Below, piece after piece: positions 27,392 to 36,956 of a DNA stretch of 64,000 nt (position 1 is its first letter; each line of letters begins with the position of its first letter). Source of the DNA: Felixounavirus AN17P8; sequence record OZ035742.1, one strand, 5' to 3'. The notes beneath the pieces are model-generated. The model was given only the letters and a program-made list of their open reading frames with translations. It had not been told where the DNA came from and made no database searches. Position numbers and translations under genes: made by a program.

Positions 27392-27535
27392 AATCGAATT
27401 TTAATGTAGCTCCGATTAACTACCCATACCTCACCTCACCCAACCATACCATGCCTTGCCAGACCGCACCTTACCTCATTAAAAGACCCTCTTAAAAGAC
27501 CTTTTAAAAAGGAGCCTCCGAAGAGGCTACCTAGT
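27392..27535. repeat. composite structured non-coding element, copy B
   Basis: hairpin 1 with altered but still pairing stem (aatcg / same loop / cgatt), identical box aactacccatacctcacc, C+A-rich tract, 3' end replaced by terminator hairpin. Confidence 0.65.
27501..27530 (-). terminator. rho-independent terminator (minus strand)
   Basis: on minus strand: hairpin agcctc-ttcg-gaggct followed by TTTTT, immediately downstream of the 27540 stop. Confidence 0.55.
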
Positions 27536-27539
27536 CAAC

Positions 27540-27980
27540 TTAGAAAGGTTTTCTACGTTGCTTGTTAATGTTAGCTTTCATAGCAGCTAAATGGTTTTGC
27601 TGTTCAATCAGTCGTGAACGTTCTTGATGACTAAGCGCCATAGTGTTCACATTCTCAATTGCTTGAGTGGCTTGCTTTAAAGCTCGACCAATCTTACCAG
27701 ACATTTTGCGTTTTGCAATAGTTGCTTGATGCTTAGGTTCAACCACACGATAACCAACACCCATTGAAGCAACCAGATAAATCTTCTCTTCTTTAAGAAG
27801 CTTTTCAATAAACTTCTCAAGTCGGTTTAGACGTGTAAGTGCATAAGCCTTCATTTCATCTTCGTACTTAACAATGTCACCTTGATAAGTTGGCTTCACA
27901 ATACCTAAGAAGGTGTCCATCTCGGAATGTGATACAGTGTCGCCGTAACTAAACTTTGCTGCTAATGCTTTTGTATTCAT
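27540..27980 (-). CDS. hypothetical protein
   Basis: 146 aa ORF; basic C-terminus. Confidence 0.4.
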   Translation of the reverse strand: MNTKALAAKFSYGDTVSHSEMDTFLGIVKPTYQGDIVKYEDEMKAYALTRLNRLEKFIEKLLKEEKIYLVASMGVGYRVVEPKHQATIAKRKMSGKIGRALKQATQAIENVNTMALSHQERSRLIEQQNHLAAMKANINKQRRKPF

Positions 27981-27982
27981 AA

Positions 27983-28588
<606 letters not shown>

Positions 28589-28646
28589 TTAGTTGATTGT
28601 TAAGTTGTTTGTAAAGAACCCTCAACAGAAGACTCTTTAGAAACTT

Positions 28647-28783
28647 GGTAGATTTTTAACGTGGCTACTACCATCCACCCATACCTCACCTAACAACACC
28701 TAACAACACAAAACTACACCCCACACCACCGCACCACACCAAACATCACTTAAAAACCTTCTTAGAAGACTCTTAAGTGATGC
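28647..28783. repeat. composite structured non-coding element, copy C
   Basis: hairpin 1 with third stem variant (ggtag / loop atttttaacgtggcta / ctacc), box cccatacctcacc, nearly G-free C+A tract, hairpin 2 almost identical to copy A (one substitution). Confidence 0.65.
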
Positions 28784-28847
28784 TGGTGAGTACCCGTTGG
28801 TTTATGCTGCTCAGTATACTCACCAAATTTTCTATGTCAACAACTTT

Positions 28848-29987
28848 TTATTCGTAGTCTCGAATAACTAACCCGACAGGGAACTGTAAAGACCCCTTAC
28901 GAGTCATCTTCTGGAACTGAACCGTTAAAGGCTTCCCGATAAACTCTTCAGGATGCTCAGCAAGATACTGTTTCTTCTCATGAGTAGTCTTCCATGAGAC
29001 ATCTACAAAGACGTTAGGGAGGGTCTCTACAACGAACTTGCCATGACCACGCTTATCAGTCTTTACACCAGTCACTTTAAACTCTTCAGTGTGCATCTTC
29101 TTGTGTTTAATCAAGAAGTATGAACGGTGACAACACTCATAGAAGGAGTCTTCAGAGATTGAACGGTACATTGCACCTTCAAACTTAGCTTCAACCCACT
29201 TATCATGAGCTTCATCAAACTCTTCCCAAGAATTTACACGACGAGATTTAACAGGAACAACTCTACAGCCGTCTCTAAAGTCATTCAATGGTGAAGTCTC
29301 AATAATATCTCTACGCTCAGGCCACGTCTTAGTACTGTCACAGATATCGTACCAGTAAAACTTGAGTAGGTGTCGGTCAGGATTGTCTTCATTTTTAATC
29401 ATGGAGACAATATCTTCTAAGTCCTGCCCATGAGCATAAATCTCACCATCAAATTCATCAACATCTTTGTGGAGCCTTAACATTGCCATAATGTCAGGTA
29501 TTAGCTCAGTAGGAATTTTATAAACAGTATTCTCACGAGAGTATGCTGTAAATACACTACCGATGCTCAAGTGTCTTGAAATTCTACAACGGACACCATC
29601 AAGTTTTGGTTGAGCATCAGCAGGGAACTTCAGGTACTTCGCATGACTAACCTTTGCAGCATCATGAGCAAGCTGTACACCTACCTTCTCAGTATTCTGT
29701 GCAGACTCTTTTGTGTAAGCATAACCTTTACGGTCAACTTGCTTTTTATACTTAGCAGCAACTTCAAAGAGAGCTTGCTGTTCAGCGTTACGCTCATTCT
29801 TTTTACCGATGTTTTTAGGTTCTGCTGTATACTCTTCAAACATCATCTTGCCATTTTCTTTACCATAGGTTGTAATAACTTTGTCACCTACAGCAACGCA
29901 TGACCAGACGTTGAAAGAGCCATCTTTATTTTGTTTGTATAGGATTGTCATTTTATTCCTCTGAGTGATACCAAGTGTTGCAAGCAT
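28848..29987 (-). CDS. ATP-dependent DNA ligase
   Basis: 379 aa; KxDG adenylation motif PKLDGVRC; size and context similar to T7/T4-type ligases. Confidence 0.6.
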   Translation of the reverse strand: MLATLGITQRNKMTILYKQNKDGSFNVWSCVAVGDKVITTYGKENGKMMFEEYTAEPKNIGKKNERNAEQQALFEVAAKYKKQVDRKGYAYTKESAQNTEKVGVQLAHDAAKVSHAKYLKFPADAQPKLDGVRCRISRHLSIGSVFTAYSRENTVYKIPTELIPDIMAMLRLHKDVDEFDGEIYAHGQDLEDIVSMIKNEDNPDRHLLKFYWYDICDSTKTWPERRDIIETSPLNDFRDGCRVVPVKSRRVNSWEEFDEAHDKWVEAKFEGAMYRSISEDSFYECCHRSYFLIKHKKMHTEEFKVTGVKTDKRGHGKFVVETLPNVFVDVSWKTTHEKKQYLAEHPEEFIGKPLTVQFQKMTRKGSLQFPVGLVIRDYE

Positions 29988-30144
29988 TACATGCGTAAAG
30001 CTCTAAGTCATTTTTATCCGGTTTATGAAAACAGTTTGCTCCGCAGTGGCAACGAAATGGCTTTCCACCAACTGTCAGGACGAAGGACTGAATCTTTCCA
30101 TCAGGAGTTCGTACAGCATTTTTATGCTTATCTTCTTTGTTCAT
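29953..30144 (-). CDS. small zinc-ribbon protein (hypothetical)
   Basis: 63 aa with CHCGANC...CNACN cysteine pairs. Confidence 0.3.
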   Translation of the reverse strand: MNKEDKHKNAVRTPDGKIQSFVLTVGGKPFRCHCGANCFHKPDKNDLELYACNACNTWYHSEE

Positions 30145-30347
30145 TTCCTCTTGCCACCAATTTCTACGTCAATAACTTGAACATCACCAGCAACATCAAA
30201 CTTATGAATGATGCTTTCCACAGTGTAAGTCCAATCCTCAATGCGAACCAACTCACCTTCTCGTGGGACGATTGGATTACGTTGAGCTACCGTTGTAGTG
30301 GAGTGAACAACATCATAACGATAGATATAGTTTACTAATACTTCCAT
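30141..30347 (-). CDS. hypothetical protein
   Basis: 68 aa from internal ATG (MEVLVNY...) with GAGG RBS; chosen over the 30446 start that would overlap the upstream lipoprotein gene by 89 nt. Confidence 0.3.
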   Translation of the reverse strand: MEVLVNYIYRYDVVHSTTTVAQRNPIVPREGELVRIEDWTYTVESIIHKFDVAGDVQVIDVEIGGKRK

Positions 30348-30357
30348 CGTGAAAACC

Positions 30358-30615
30358 TCACTCAATAACCGTAGTATGTGATTGACCATTTTTGCCATAG
30401 CTATAAGATGTTGTTGTTTGAGAGTTTGGGCATCTGACAACAACAATATCTCTGCTTATAGCATCACCATTGAGTTTGTAGATTTTGCAGTCTTGCATCT
30501 CTGGAGGGAGGCTGTAAGAAGCATCTTTGTTTTCATAAGATGGGTTGCAGCCAGCCAGAAAAATTACTCCAAGTGCAACCATTGCTTTCACGCAACTCTT
30601 AACCTTATTGTTCAC
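30358..30615 (-). CDS. putative lipoprotein
   Basis: 85 aa; signal peptide with lipobox LAGC (MVALGVIFLAGCNPS). Confidence 0.4.
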   Translation of the reverse strand: MNNKVKSCVKAMVALGVIFLAGCNPSYENKDASYSLPPEMQDCKIYKLNGDAISRDIVVVRCPNSQTTTSYSYGKNGQSHTTVIE

Positions 30616-30747
30616 GATAGTCTACCTCTCTGTATGTTTTTAAATAGTGAGTGATGAGTTCTGGTAATTCACTACGTTTAACGTTTGAACGAAGAAGTGT
30701 CCAGTCAAAACCTTTACCAACCCTTCCCCAGAGACTGTACATTTTCT

Positions 30748-30981
30748 TCATAGCAACTCCAGAATATCAATACGTTCGCCTTTGAGTACTCCAGTACGGT
30801 CTTTTGCAATCTTACCGTCAACGATAAGGATGTGTGTAGACCTTAAAGCATCGTTGTTAAAGGTTTTTACGAACTTGCTAGGCATGACTACAATGGACAT
30901 CTCCTGAATTAACTCTGGAGTGTAGCAGTTATCATGAAGTTGCTGAATAACGTCTGCAAGTGTCATTTTTGGTGTCTCCAA
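30748..30981 (-). CDS. hypothetical protein
   Basis: 77 aa ORF. Confidence 0.3.
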   Translation of the reverse strand: METPKMTLADVIQQLHDNCYTPELIQEMSIVVMPSKFVKTFNNDALRSTHILIVDGKIAKDRTGVLKGERIDILELL

Positions 30982-31172
30982 TACTCAATATCAATAAGTT
31001 CTTGTGCAATACTTTTCAGATTACCTTTCAAGAAAACCTTCTCAGAACCTGAAAGAGATGAATTGTCAATTAACCTGCTCATCCTCTCAAACAACTTCTG
31101 TTTACGGTTCTTGATAGTTTCCTTTGAAGCACCTTTCATCATCGCTGCATGGGTTCTTCCACGGTGGCTCAT
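30963..31172 (-). CDS. hypothetical protein
   Basis: 69 aa ORF, basic. Confidence 0.3.
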   Translation of the reverse strand: MSHRGRTHAAMMKGASKETIKNRKQKLFERMSRLIDNSSLSGSEKVFLKGNLKSIAQELIDIEYWRHQK

Positions 31173-31223
31173 AATCCCTCCTATATAAGATATTGTATAA
31201 GGTACTCTTCCATGAGCACCTTG

Positions 31224-31757
31224 TCAAGATAGTTTTGCAAACTCTCCGTGGAGTTTAATAGCAGCTTCACAGTAAGCTTTATGGGCTTCTTCTGGTGTGT
31301 CATGGTAACCTAAAAACATCTTCTTACCTTTATAACTTATCTGTGCGACCCACTTACCAGACTTCTTTTTAAGACTTACACCCTTGTACCCAGATTTATT
31401 GGTGACTGGTTTACCTTTATTCCAAGCACTTTGAAAATCATCTGCTTCCCTTAAGTTTACAATCCTGTTGTCAAGCGAGTCTCCGTTGATATGGTCAATG
31501 ATACCTTTTGGCATCTTGCCATACACGTAAAGCCATGCGAGTCTGTGTGCTTTATGTGCTTTCTTGTCAAAATAGATACTAATCTGTTTATGACCACTTG
31601 AATCAGTCTGGATATTACCTGCCACCTTTCCTGCATAATTACTGTTAAAAACACTAACAGCTCTTGATTTACCTTCTCTACGAAGCCAAGTAAAGACCCC
31701 TGTTTCGGGGTCATAGTGCAGCAGCTCCTTTAAACGTTTTTGTAAAATTAAATCCAT
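31224..31757 (-). CDS. HNH homing endonuclease with AP2-like DNA-binding domain
   Basis: 177 aa; IIDHINGDSLDNRIVNLREAD (HNH_3-type) and C-terminal YKGVS...GKWVAQISY...HGEFA; paralogous to 53909-54400. Confidence 0.6.
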   Translation of the reverse strand: MDLILQKRLKELLHYDPETGVFTWLRREGKSRAVSVFNSNYAGKVAGNIQTDSSGHKQISIYFDKKAHKAHRLAWLYVYGKMPKGIIDHINGDSLDNRIVNLREADDFQSAWNKGKPVTNKSGYKGVSLKKKSGKWVAQISYKGKKMFLGYHDTPEEAHKAYCEAAIKLHGEFAKLS

Positions 31758-31760
31758 TAA

Positions 31761-34490
31761 TCAATGTACCTCATACCAGCTCTTACCAACCTTTGCTGTA
31801 CCAGTTACAAGTGTTTCTTTCCTCAAACCTAAGTTTTTTGAAGCTTGTCCATACATCCAGTCAGCAATTGCTTTCATATCATGTGTCATACCCTCTGGAC
31901 ATTCCCAACTATTTTCATCGTGATATGCCAGAAGTAACCTTGCTCCGATAGCTGGTTTTCGAGCATTCAGTTTTGTCAGGCCATCTTCACAGGCTTTTCT
32001 TGCTGCTAGGTTGATGGCCTCATTCTGAATCTGTGCTTCCGAACTCATCAGGAGGTAGTTCAGTAGTTTATGTGGAGATTTGCACCATATCCATGCTCCA
32101 GCGACCCTGATATAACCACCTTTAGCAATTGAAGAATTCTTCCCAAAAACCTCTTCCAGAGCCTTTTTAGACGCCTTAAAATCGGCTTCTAAGCTATCAA
32201 GTAACTTCTTAATCTTTGGCAGACGCATATAGTAAGTTTGTTTAGTCAATGCACCTTCTTCCGTAGATGATGCCTTGATAGTTTTTGCAAACTTCTCGTC
32301 TCCGGCTCCAAATAACAGGGCGTAGATGCCATTTTTGCTCTTCTTACGGCCTTTTGTAATCTCGTGAAGAAGTTCCTCATCCTGTGTCTCCCTACAACGA
32401 ACAATATCTTCTTCCTTGTTCAGACCAAAGTAAATACTGTTCAGTGTATGCGCATCAGTCCCTGTGTAGACTTCATAGAGGTCGTTCTCAGCATCATAAC
32501 GAAGATACTTGTCAGTTTCTGGATTAAGATACTTATCGAGATGCTTGCAATAGTATCTGCCATCCTCTTGCTTAGTGAACTCTACTGACTCTTTACCCTC
32601 AGTTACTGCTTTAGTGAAGTCTTCATCACCCATAAAGTTACAAAGGAGAACTAGCTGGGCTGAGTTCATATCAACGGAGACTACGTTGGTTCCTTCCTCG
32701 CAAATCCACACCTCCCTCATAGGCGCTCCATAGACAGCAGCACCAGATGGTACGTTTACAATACCATATTGTGTCATACGTCCAGTTGAAGTACCAAACA
32801 CCATTGCACCAGCACTAAGGCGACCATCAGGACGAATCTGGTTCAACCAACCTTTTTCATCATCTTTTGAGTTCTCAATAGTTCTGCGTCGGTGCATTAA
32901 AGTATAGTACTTAGCAATCTTCTGTCCAAGCTCACCTTCAATCGTATCATAAGATGATTCAGTAAGTTTTGGTGAAGTACGGATTAAGCAAGGCTCAAGC
33001 AAATCTGTGTATTTCTTCACAGACCAGTTATGCTCAATGTACTGTACACCTTCATGTTCAACATAACTCAAACCACATCGTTCCACCATTTCCTGCCACT
33101 TAGGATGTTTTGTAATCATCTTTTTATTGTCTTTGAAACGACAAACTTTGACAGGGCGACCGTCTGAGTCTTTCTTGTAGTTCCAGTCATCTGGAATCCA
33201 ACCAACTGATTTCAAGTAGTCTTTAACAACTGCTACCTGAGTCATACGAGAAACTTCGAACTCAATTGGTGTATATGGTGCATCAATCAAACCTGTGTAG
33301 CGACTTGACTCAAGTTCAAAGTGGTTAACAACGTGACTGTTATAGTACTTCACAGTTTTGACTGTTTTTACTGGCTTCCAGTCTTTGCATTTCTTACCAA
33401 TCTTTGCGTTCAACTCATTGCAAATTGCACGAGCATCCTTCATTGCTACAAAACCTTCCTTGTACTCTTCACCAGTTACAGTGTTGGTTGGTGTATAGCA
33501 ATTTCTCTTTTCAATGTTAAAAATCTTTGTAGTTGGCTTACCAAATGGTTTGATTTCGTATGTCTGCATCTCGCCATTACGTACCTGCTGACGATACTTT
33601 GTCTTAGGGTACTTGGTAATTCTTTTCAGTCCATCTGCATGACCAAATGTTTCAACATACTCATTCCAAGCTTTTGCAAACTCTTCTCCAGTGACTTTAC
33701 CTTTGGTCTTAATAGTTGGAGGCAGATGTGGTTCAACCTCTGAAGCAAGCTCATTAGTCAACTTGTCAAGTTCCTTTACATGGAACTCCATAAGCCCCTT
33801 ATCAGCTTTCCAACCATTGATAGCTTGTTGACTCATCCAGAAAGATGTTTCTTTAGCTCGCATGTAGGTTTCATAAGTGTCTATGCCACACTTCTTAAGC
33901 TTGAGATACTCATTATCAAGTGCCCGTTTAGTTTTGGCGTTAATACGGATATCTTCTACAACACGAGTGAAGATTTCTGCATTCCACACACCCCAATGCT
34001 CAATCTCTGGCTTACGAACACCAACACGAGCACCCCAAGCAGCCAAGCCATGAGCACCTTTATAACCCTTTGGAGTTGGTCTATCCATCCACTGAACACG
34101 AGACTGGATAAGAGAGTCCTGAAAGAAATTACTCCACGGTTTACACTTTGGATTATCAAAGTTCCATAAATCAGGTGCAATGTGATTGAAAACCCACCAG
34201 TCATAACCGAGACCATTATGGATGCAAAGACGTTTTGCCTTTAACGCAAATTCAACACCTTCACGTAAACCACCCTTGATGTACTTAGTGTACTTGTGAC
34301 CGAGGATAGGCTCATCTGTAAAGACCCATACAGGTGGCTCTTCATCGTCAGATTTATAGTCTGCGAAAGCCATTACGTGAACTTTAGTGAACTCAAGGAG
34401 TAAACCATCAGTTTCTGTATCACCAACCAAATGTAAGTTTTTAAAATCTACGTTTTCCATTTTTACTCCCTCTAAAATCATTAACCCCAT
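31761..34490 (-). CDS. DNA polymerase, family A, with 3'-5' exonuclease domain
   Basis: 909 aa; exo motif GDTETDG; family A motif A VSVDMNSAQLVLL, motif B KNGIYALLFGAG, motif C LLAYHDENSWE. Confidence 0.85.
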   Translation of the reverse strand: MGLMILEGVKMENVDFKNLHLVGDTETDGLLLEFTKVHVMAFADYKSDDEEPPVWVFTDEPILGHKYTKYIKGGLREGVEFALKAKRLCIHNGLGYDWWVFNHIAPDLWNFDNPKCKPWSNFFQDSLIQSRVQWMDRPTPKGYKGAHGLAAWGARVGVRKPEIEHWGVWNAEIFTRVVEDIRINAKTKRALDNEYLKLKKCGIDTYETYMRAKETSFWMSQQAINGWKADKGLMEFHVKELDKLTNELASEVEPHLPPTIKTKGKVTGEEFAKAWNEYVETFGHADGLKRITKYPKTKYRQQVRNGEMQTYEIKPFGKPTTKIFNIEKRNCYTPTNTVTGEEYKEGFVAMKDARAICNELNAKIGKKCKDWKPVKTVKTVKYYNSHVVNHFELESSRYTGLIDAPYTPIEFEVSRMTQVAVVKDYLKSVGWIPDDWNYKKDSDGRPVKVCRFKDNKKMITKHPKWQEMVERCGLSYVEHEGVQYIEHNWSVKKYTDLLEPCLIRTSPKLTESSYDTIEGELGQKIAKYYTLMHRRRTIENSKDDEKGWLNQIRPDGRLSAGAMVFGTSTGRMTQYGIVNVPSGAAVYGAPMREVWICEEGTNVVSVDMNSAQLVLLCNFMGDEDFTKAVTEGKESVEFTKQEDGRYYCKHLDKYLNPETDKYLRYDAENDLYEVYTGTDAHTLNSIYFGLNKEEDIVRCRETQDEELLHEITKGRKKSKNGIYALLFGAGDEKFAKTIKASSTEEGALTKQTYYMRLPKIKKLLDSLEADFKASKKALEEVFGKNSSIAKGGYIRVAGAWIWCKSPHKLLNYLLMSSEAQIQNEAINLAARKACEDGLTKLNARKPAIGARLLLAYHDENSWECPEGMTHDMKAIADWMYGQASKNLGLRKETLVTGTAKVGKSWYEVH

Positions 34491-34717
34491 ACATTACTGC
34501 AAAAAATTATAAAAAGCAAGTTGACAATGCACTTGACAAGGTGTTAATCTTTGCGAAGTGGGTTTTTACTTAAAAGGTTACTTAACAGTTTAGCTATACA
34601 GATACTTTAAAACTCTTAAAAGATTATTTAATAGCTTTTAAAAAGCTTTAAAGTATAACGTATAGAATACGTTAAGATAAAAGATTAAAACTTAATAGTT
34701 ACTTAAAAGAGGCTTAC
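34491..34717. promoter_or_regulatory. divergent AT-rich promoter/operator region
   Basis: 227 bp between divergent polymerase and early plus-strand genes; two TTGACA boxes (34521, 34533), TATAAT on minus strand (34506-34511), perfect palindromes aagcttttaaaaagctt and taacgtatagaatacgtta. Confidence 0.45.
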
Positions 34718-35140
34718 ATGCAGAAAATGTTTGTTCACCCAGACATAGCTGACTTTGTTAGAGCTTTGCAGAAGTTGGAAGAACTTGACATTGCTGCTCA
34801 ACGGGAATATGCTCACCATCACAGGAGAATGGTTGATATACAACATGAAATAGAGTTATCTGAAAACTATGAAGATGACTTAAAATGTTCTGTATTTGAG
34901 CATATGAAAGATGTTGCTACAGCGAGACGTAAAGCTAAAGACACAGTTGCTTTACTAGATTCTCTTAAAAAGAGGTTGCAAAGTGGTACAGACCTGTGTA
35001 ATCTAGCGTCACTGATTAACGATGTTGAAACTTCTTGGGATAGGCACTATTATCCACGTTCTGAAAAGACACTTGACTTTTCTTCATCCGAAAACTTAAA
35101 ATGTTCTAGAAAGAAACTTAACAAACTGAGAGAGAAATAA
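34718..35140 (+). CDS. hypothetical early protein
   Basis: 140 aa ORF, first gene after divergent promoter region. Confidence 0.35.
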   Translation: MQKMFVHPDIADFVRALQKLEELDIAAQREYAHHHRRMVDIQHEIELSENYEDDLKCSVFEHMKDVATARRKAKDTVALLDSLKKRLQSGTDLCNLASLINDVETSWDRHYYPRSEKTLDFSSSENLKCSRKKLNKLREK

Positions 35141-35141
35141 T

Positions 35142-35942
35142 ATGAATATCGATGTAGAAAAGATGCTTGAAGAAAAAGGTATTGACGAAGCATTTTTAAT
35201 CAATGCCGTAGAAAGCATGGCTATGATTCTTCGTGGGAACAACTACACAGAACAGTTTATGCCTGCAAGCTATAATCTGCCTGAAGACAAGTCTGATAAC
35301 GGTGCTTTTGCAGAACAGGTTAACATGATGTTGACAGACACTACACTTGCTCTGGCATCTATTGCGGTTGGTGTTGATGCACTTGCTGAGTTCATTTTTT
35401 ATGAAATGCAAAAGAATGACTATATCAGGATGTCAGACGAAGATAAGGAACTGTTGCTGACTAAGGACACTGATTTCATTATTGATACGCTTATCTCATC
35501 AACAAGTGCTGTTATGGCTGCTCTTGAGAAGCGTATGGAAGAGAAACTTTCACGATATGAAAAACTTGATTGGGGTGTAGAAGAACTAAACCAACGAATC
35601 AAGGAGATTATCCAGCAAACTAAAGAGTCTTTGGAAGAAGCTGTTGAAAATGACTCTGTAGCTGATATAGAACCACTTCAGGTGAAAGTTGCACTGATGA
35701 TTCCAGCTATCTCTACGATGATGAATATCGTTGCACTAATCCAACTTTCACAGATGATGGGTATGAGTATTGAGTTCATTGAGGAGATGACTGGTGGTGT
35801 TAGTATGCAAACAATCAATGATGTTTTGGTGAATATTGGTGCTTCAATCATTGAAGAGAAACTACGCATTAACTTCGGTGATGATTTTGTGAAGCAAATC
35901 TCAGCTATGGCTGAAAAAGAGTCTGCTGAGCAACTGCACTAA
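35142..35942 (+). CDS. acidic hypothetical protein
   Basis: 266 aa, strongly Asp/Glu-rich. Confidence 0.4.
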   Translation: MNIDVEKMLEEKGIDEAFLINAVESMAMILRGNNYTEQFMPASYNLPEDKSDNGAFAEQVNMMLTDTTLALASIAVGVDALAEFIFYEMQKNDYIRMSDEDKELLLTKDTDFIIDTLISSTSAVMAALEKRMEEKLSRYEKLDWGVEELNQRIKEIIQQTKESLEEAVENDSVADIEPLQVKVALMIPAISTMMNIVALIQLSQMMGMSIEFIEEMTGGVSMQTINDVLVNIGASIIEEKLRINFGDDFVKQISAMAEKESAEQLH

Positions 35943-35959
35943 GTCTTTATAAGTCTTAC

Positions 35960-35985
35960 AGGCCCCCTTAGTTGGGGGCTTTTTA
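35960..35985 (+). terminator. rho-independent terminator
   Basis: hairpin gccccc-ttagtt-gggggc followed by TTTTT. Confidence 0.6.
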
Positions 35986-36003
35986 GTAATTAATGGGGAT
36001 AAA

Positions 36004-36747
36004 ATGAGTAATATTATCGCATTTACTGGAAAGGCACGTTCTGGAAAAGACACCTCATGTTCTATTGTGAAGAACATCTTAGAGGATGAGTACGGCTACA
36101 ATGTTGCAGTAATGGCCTATGCAGACAACCTTAAGCTATCTGCATCAAGGATATTTGACCTGACTTGGAATGACCTGTATGGTGAAACTAAAGAGACTCC
36201 ACAGGTTTTTGACTTATCATATCCTGGACTAATGTTCAAAGTTACCGAAGCTATGGAGTTCACCTTCAAAGGCGAACGTTACCATATGGATTTTAAGCTT
36301 ATGTCAGAGTTAACCGGACGATTAATCATGGAGCTTAAGAAGGTTGCTAAACCGACTCTATTAACACGTCTGGGATTTAGCAAGAAGTATAAATTTTCAT
36401 CAAGACAAATTCAACAGATTTGGGGCACTGAAGTTATCCGTAAAGTTATGGGTGACAAGTTCTGGGCTAAAGACCTCGAAAAACGAATGGTAAATTTCTT
36501 TGATGTTTGCTCACTTAGAAATCAAGAAGGTGTTGTTTTAATCAGTGATTTAAGATTTGACTCTGAAGCTGAGTGGCTGAGTAGATTTGCACACCAAACT
36601 ATTGAAGTAAAAAGAGACAATGTGGACAAAGTTTCATCACATGTTTCAGAAAATGGCATTTCTACAAAATATGAGCGTGACATTATTCATAATAATGGTA
36701 CTCTTGCAGACCTTGAGAGCAAACTAAGAGCTATCCTGAAGATTTAA
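36004..36747 (+). CDS. deoxynucleoside monophosphate kinase (T4 gp1-like)
   Basis: 247 aa; N-terminal P-loop IIAFTGKARSGKDT closely resembles T4 dNMP kinase start. Confidence 0.55.
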   Translation: MSNIIAFTGKARSGKDTSCSIVKNILEDEYGYNVAVMAYADNLKLSASRIFDLTWNDLYGETKETPQVFDLSYPGLMFKVTEAMEFTFKGERYHMDFKLMSELTGRLIMELKKVAKPTLLTRLGFSKKYKFSSRQIQQIWGTEVIRKVMGDKFWAKDLEKRMVNFFDVCSLRNQEGVVLISDLRFDSEAEWLSRFAHQTIEVKRDNVDKVSSHVSENGISTKYERDIIHNNGTLADLESKLRAILKI

Positions 36748-36755
36748 AAGAGAGA

Positions 36756-36956
36756 ATGAAGATGAGAGTAAAAGATAATTTTAAAGTTATTGACCACCGT
36801 TTAGTGGAACTCTCATCTCTTTCCAATGAGGTAATGATTGAACGTCTTAAGAGAGTTGAATCACGAAGGAAAGAGATTGCAGATGAAATTCATGAACTGG
36901 ACAAGATTGAAAATGGATTGAAGGCAGAACTACAACGAAGAGGTGCTAATGTCTAA
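36756..36956 (+). CDS. small coiled-coil protein (hypothetical)
   Basis: 66 aa ORF. Confidence 0.3.
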   Translation: MKMRVKDNFKVIDHRLVELSSLSNEVMIERLKRVESRRKEIADEIHELDKIENGLKAELQRRGANV

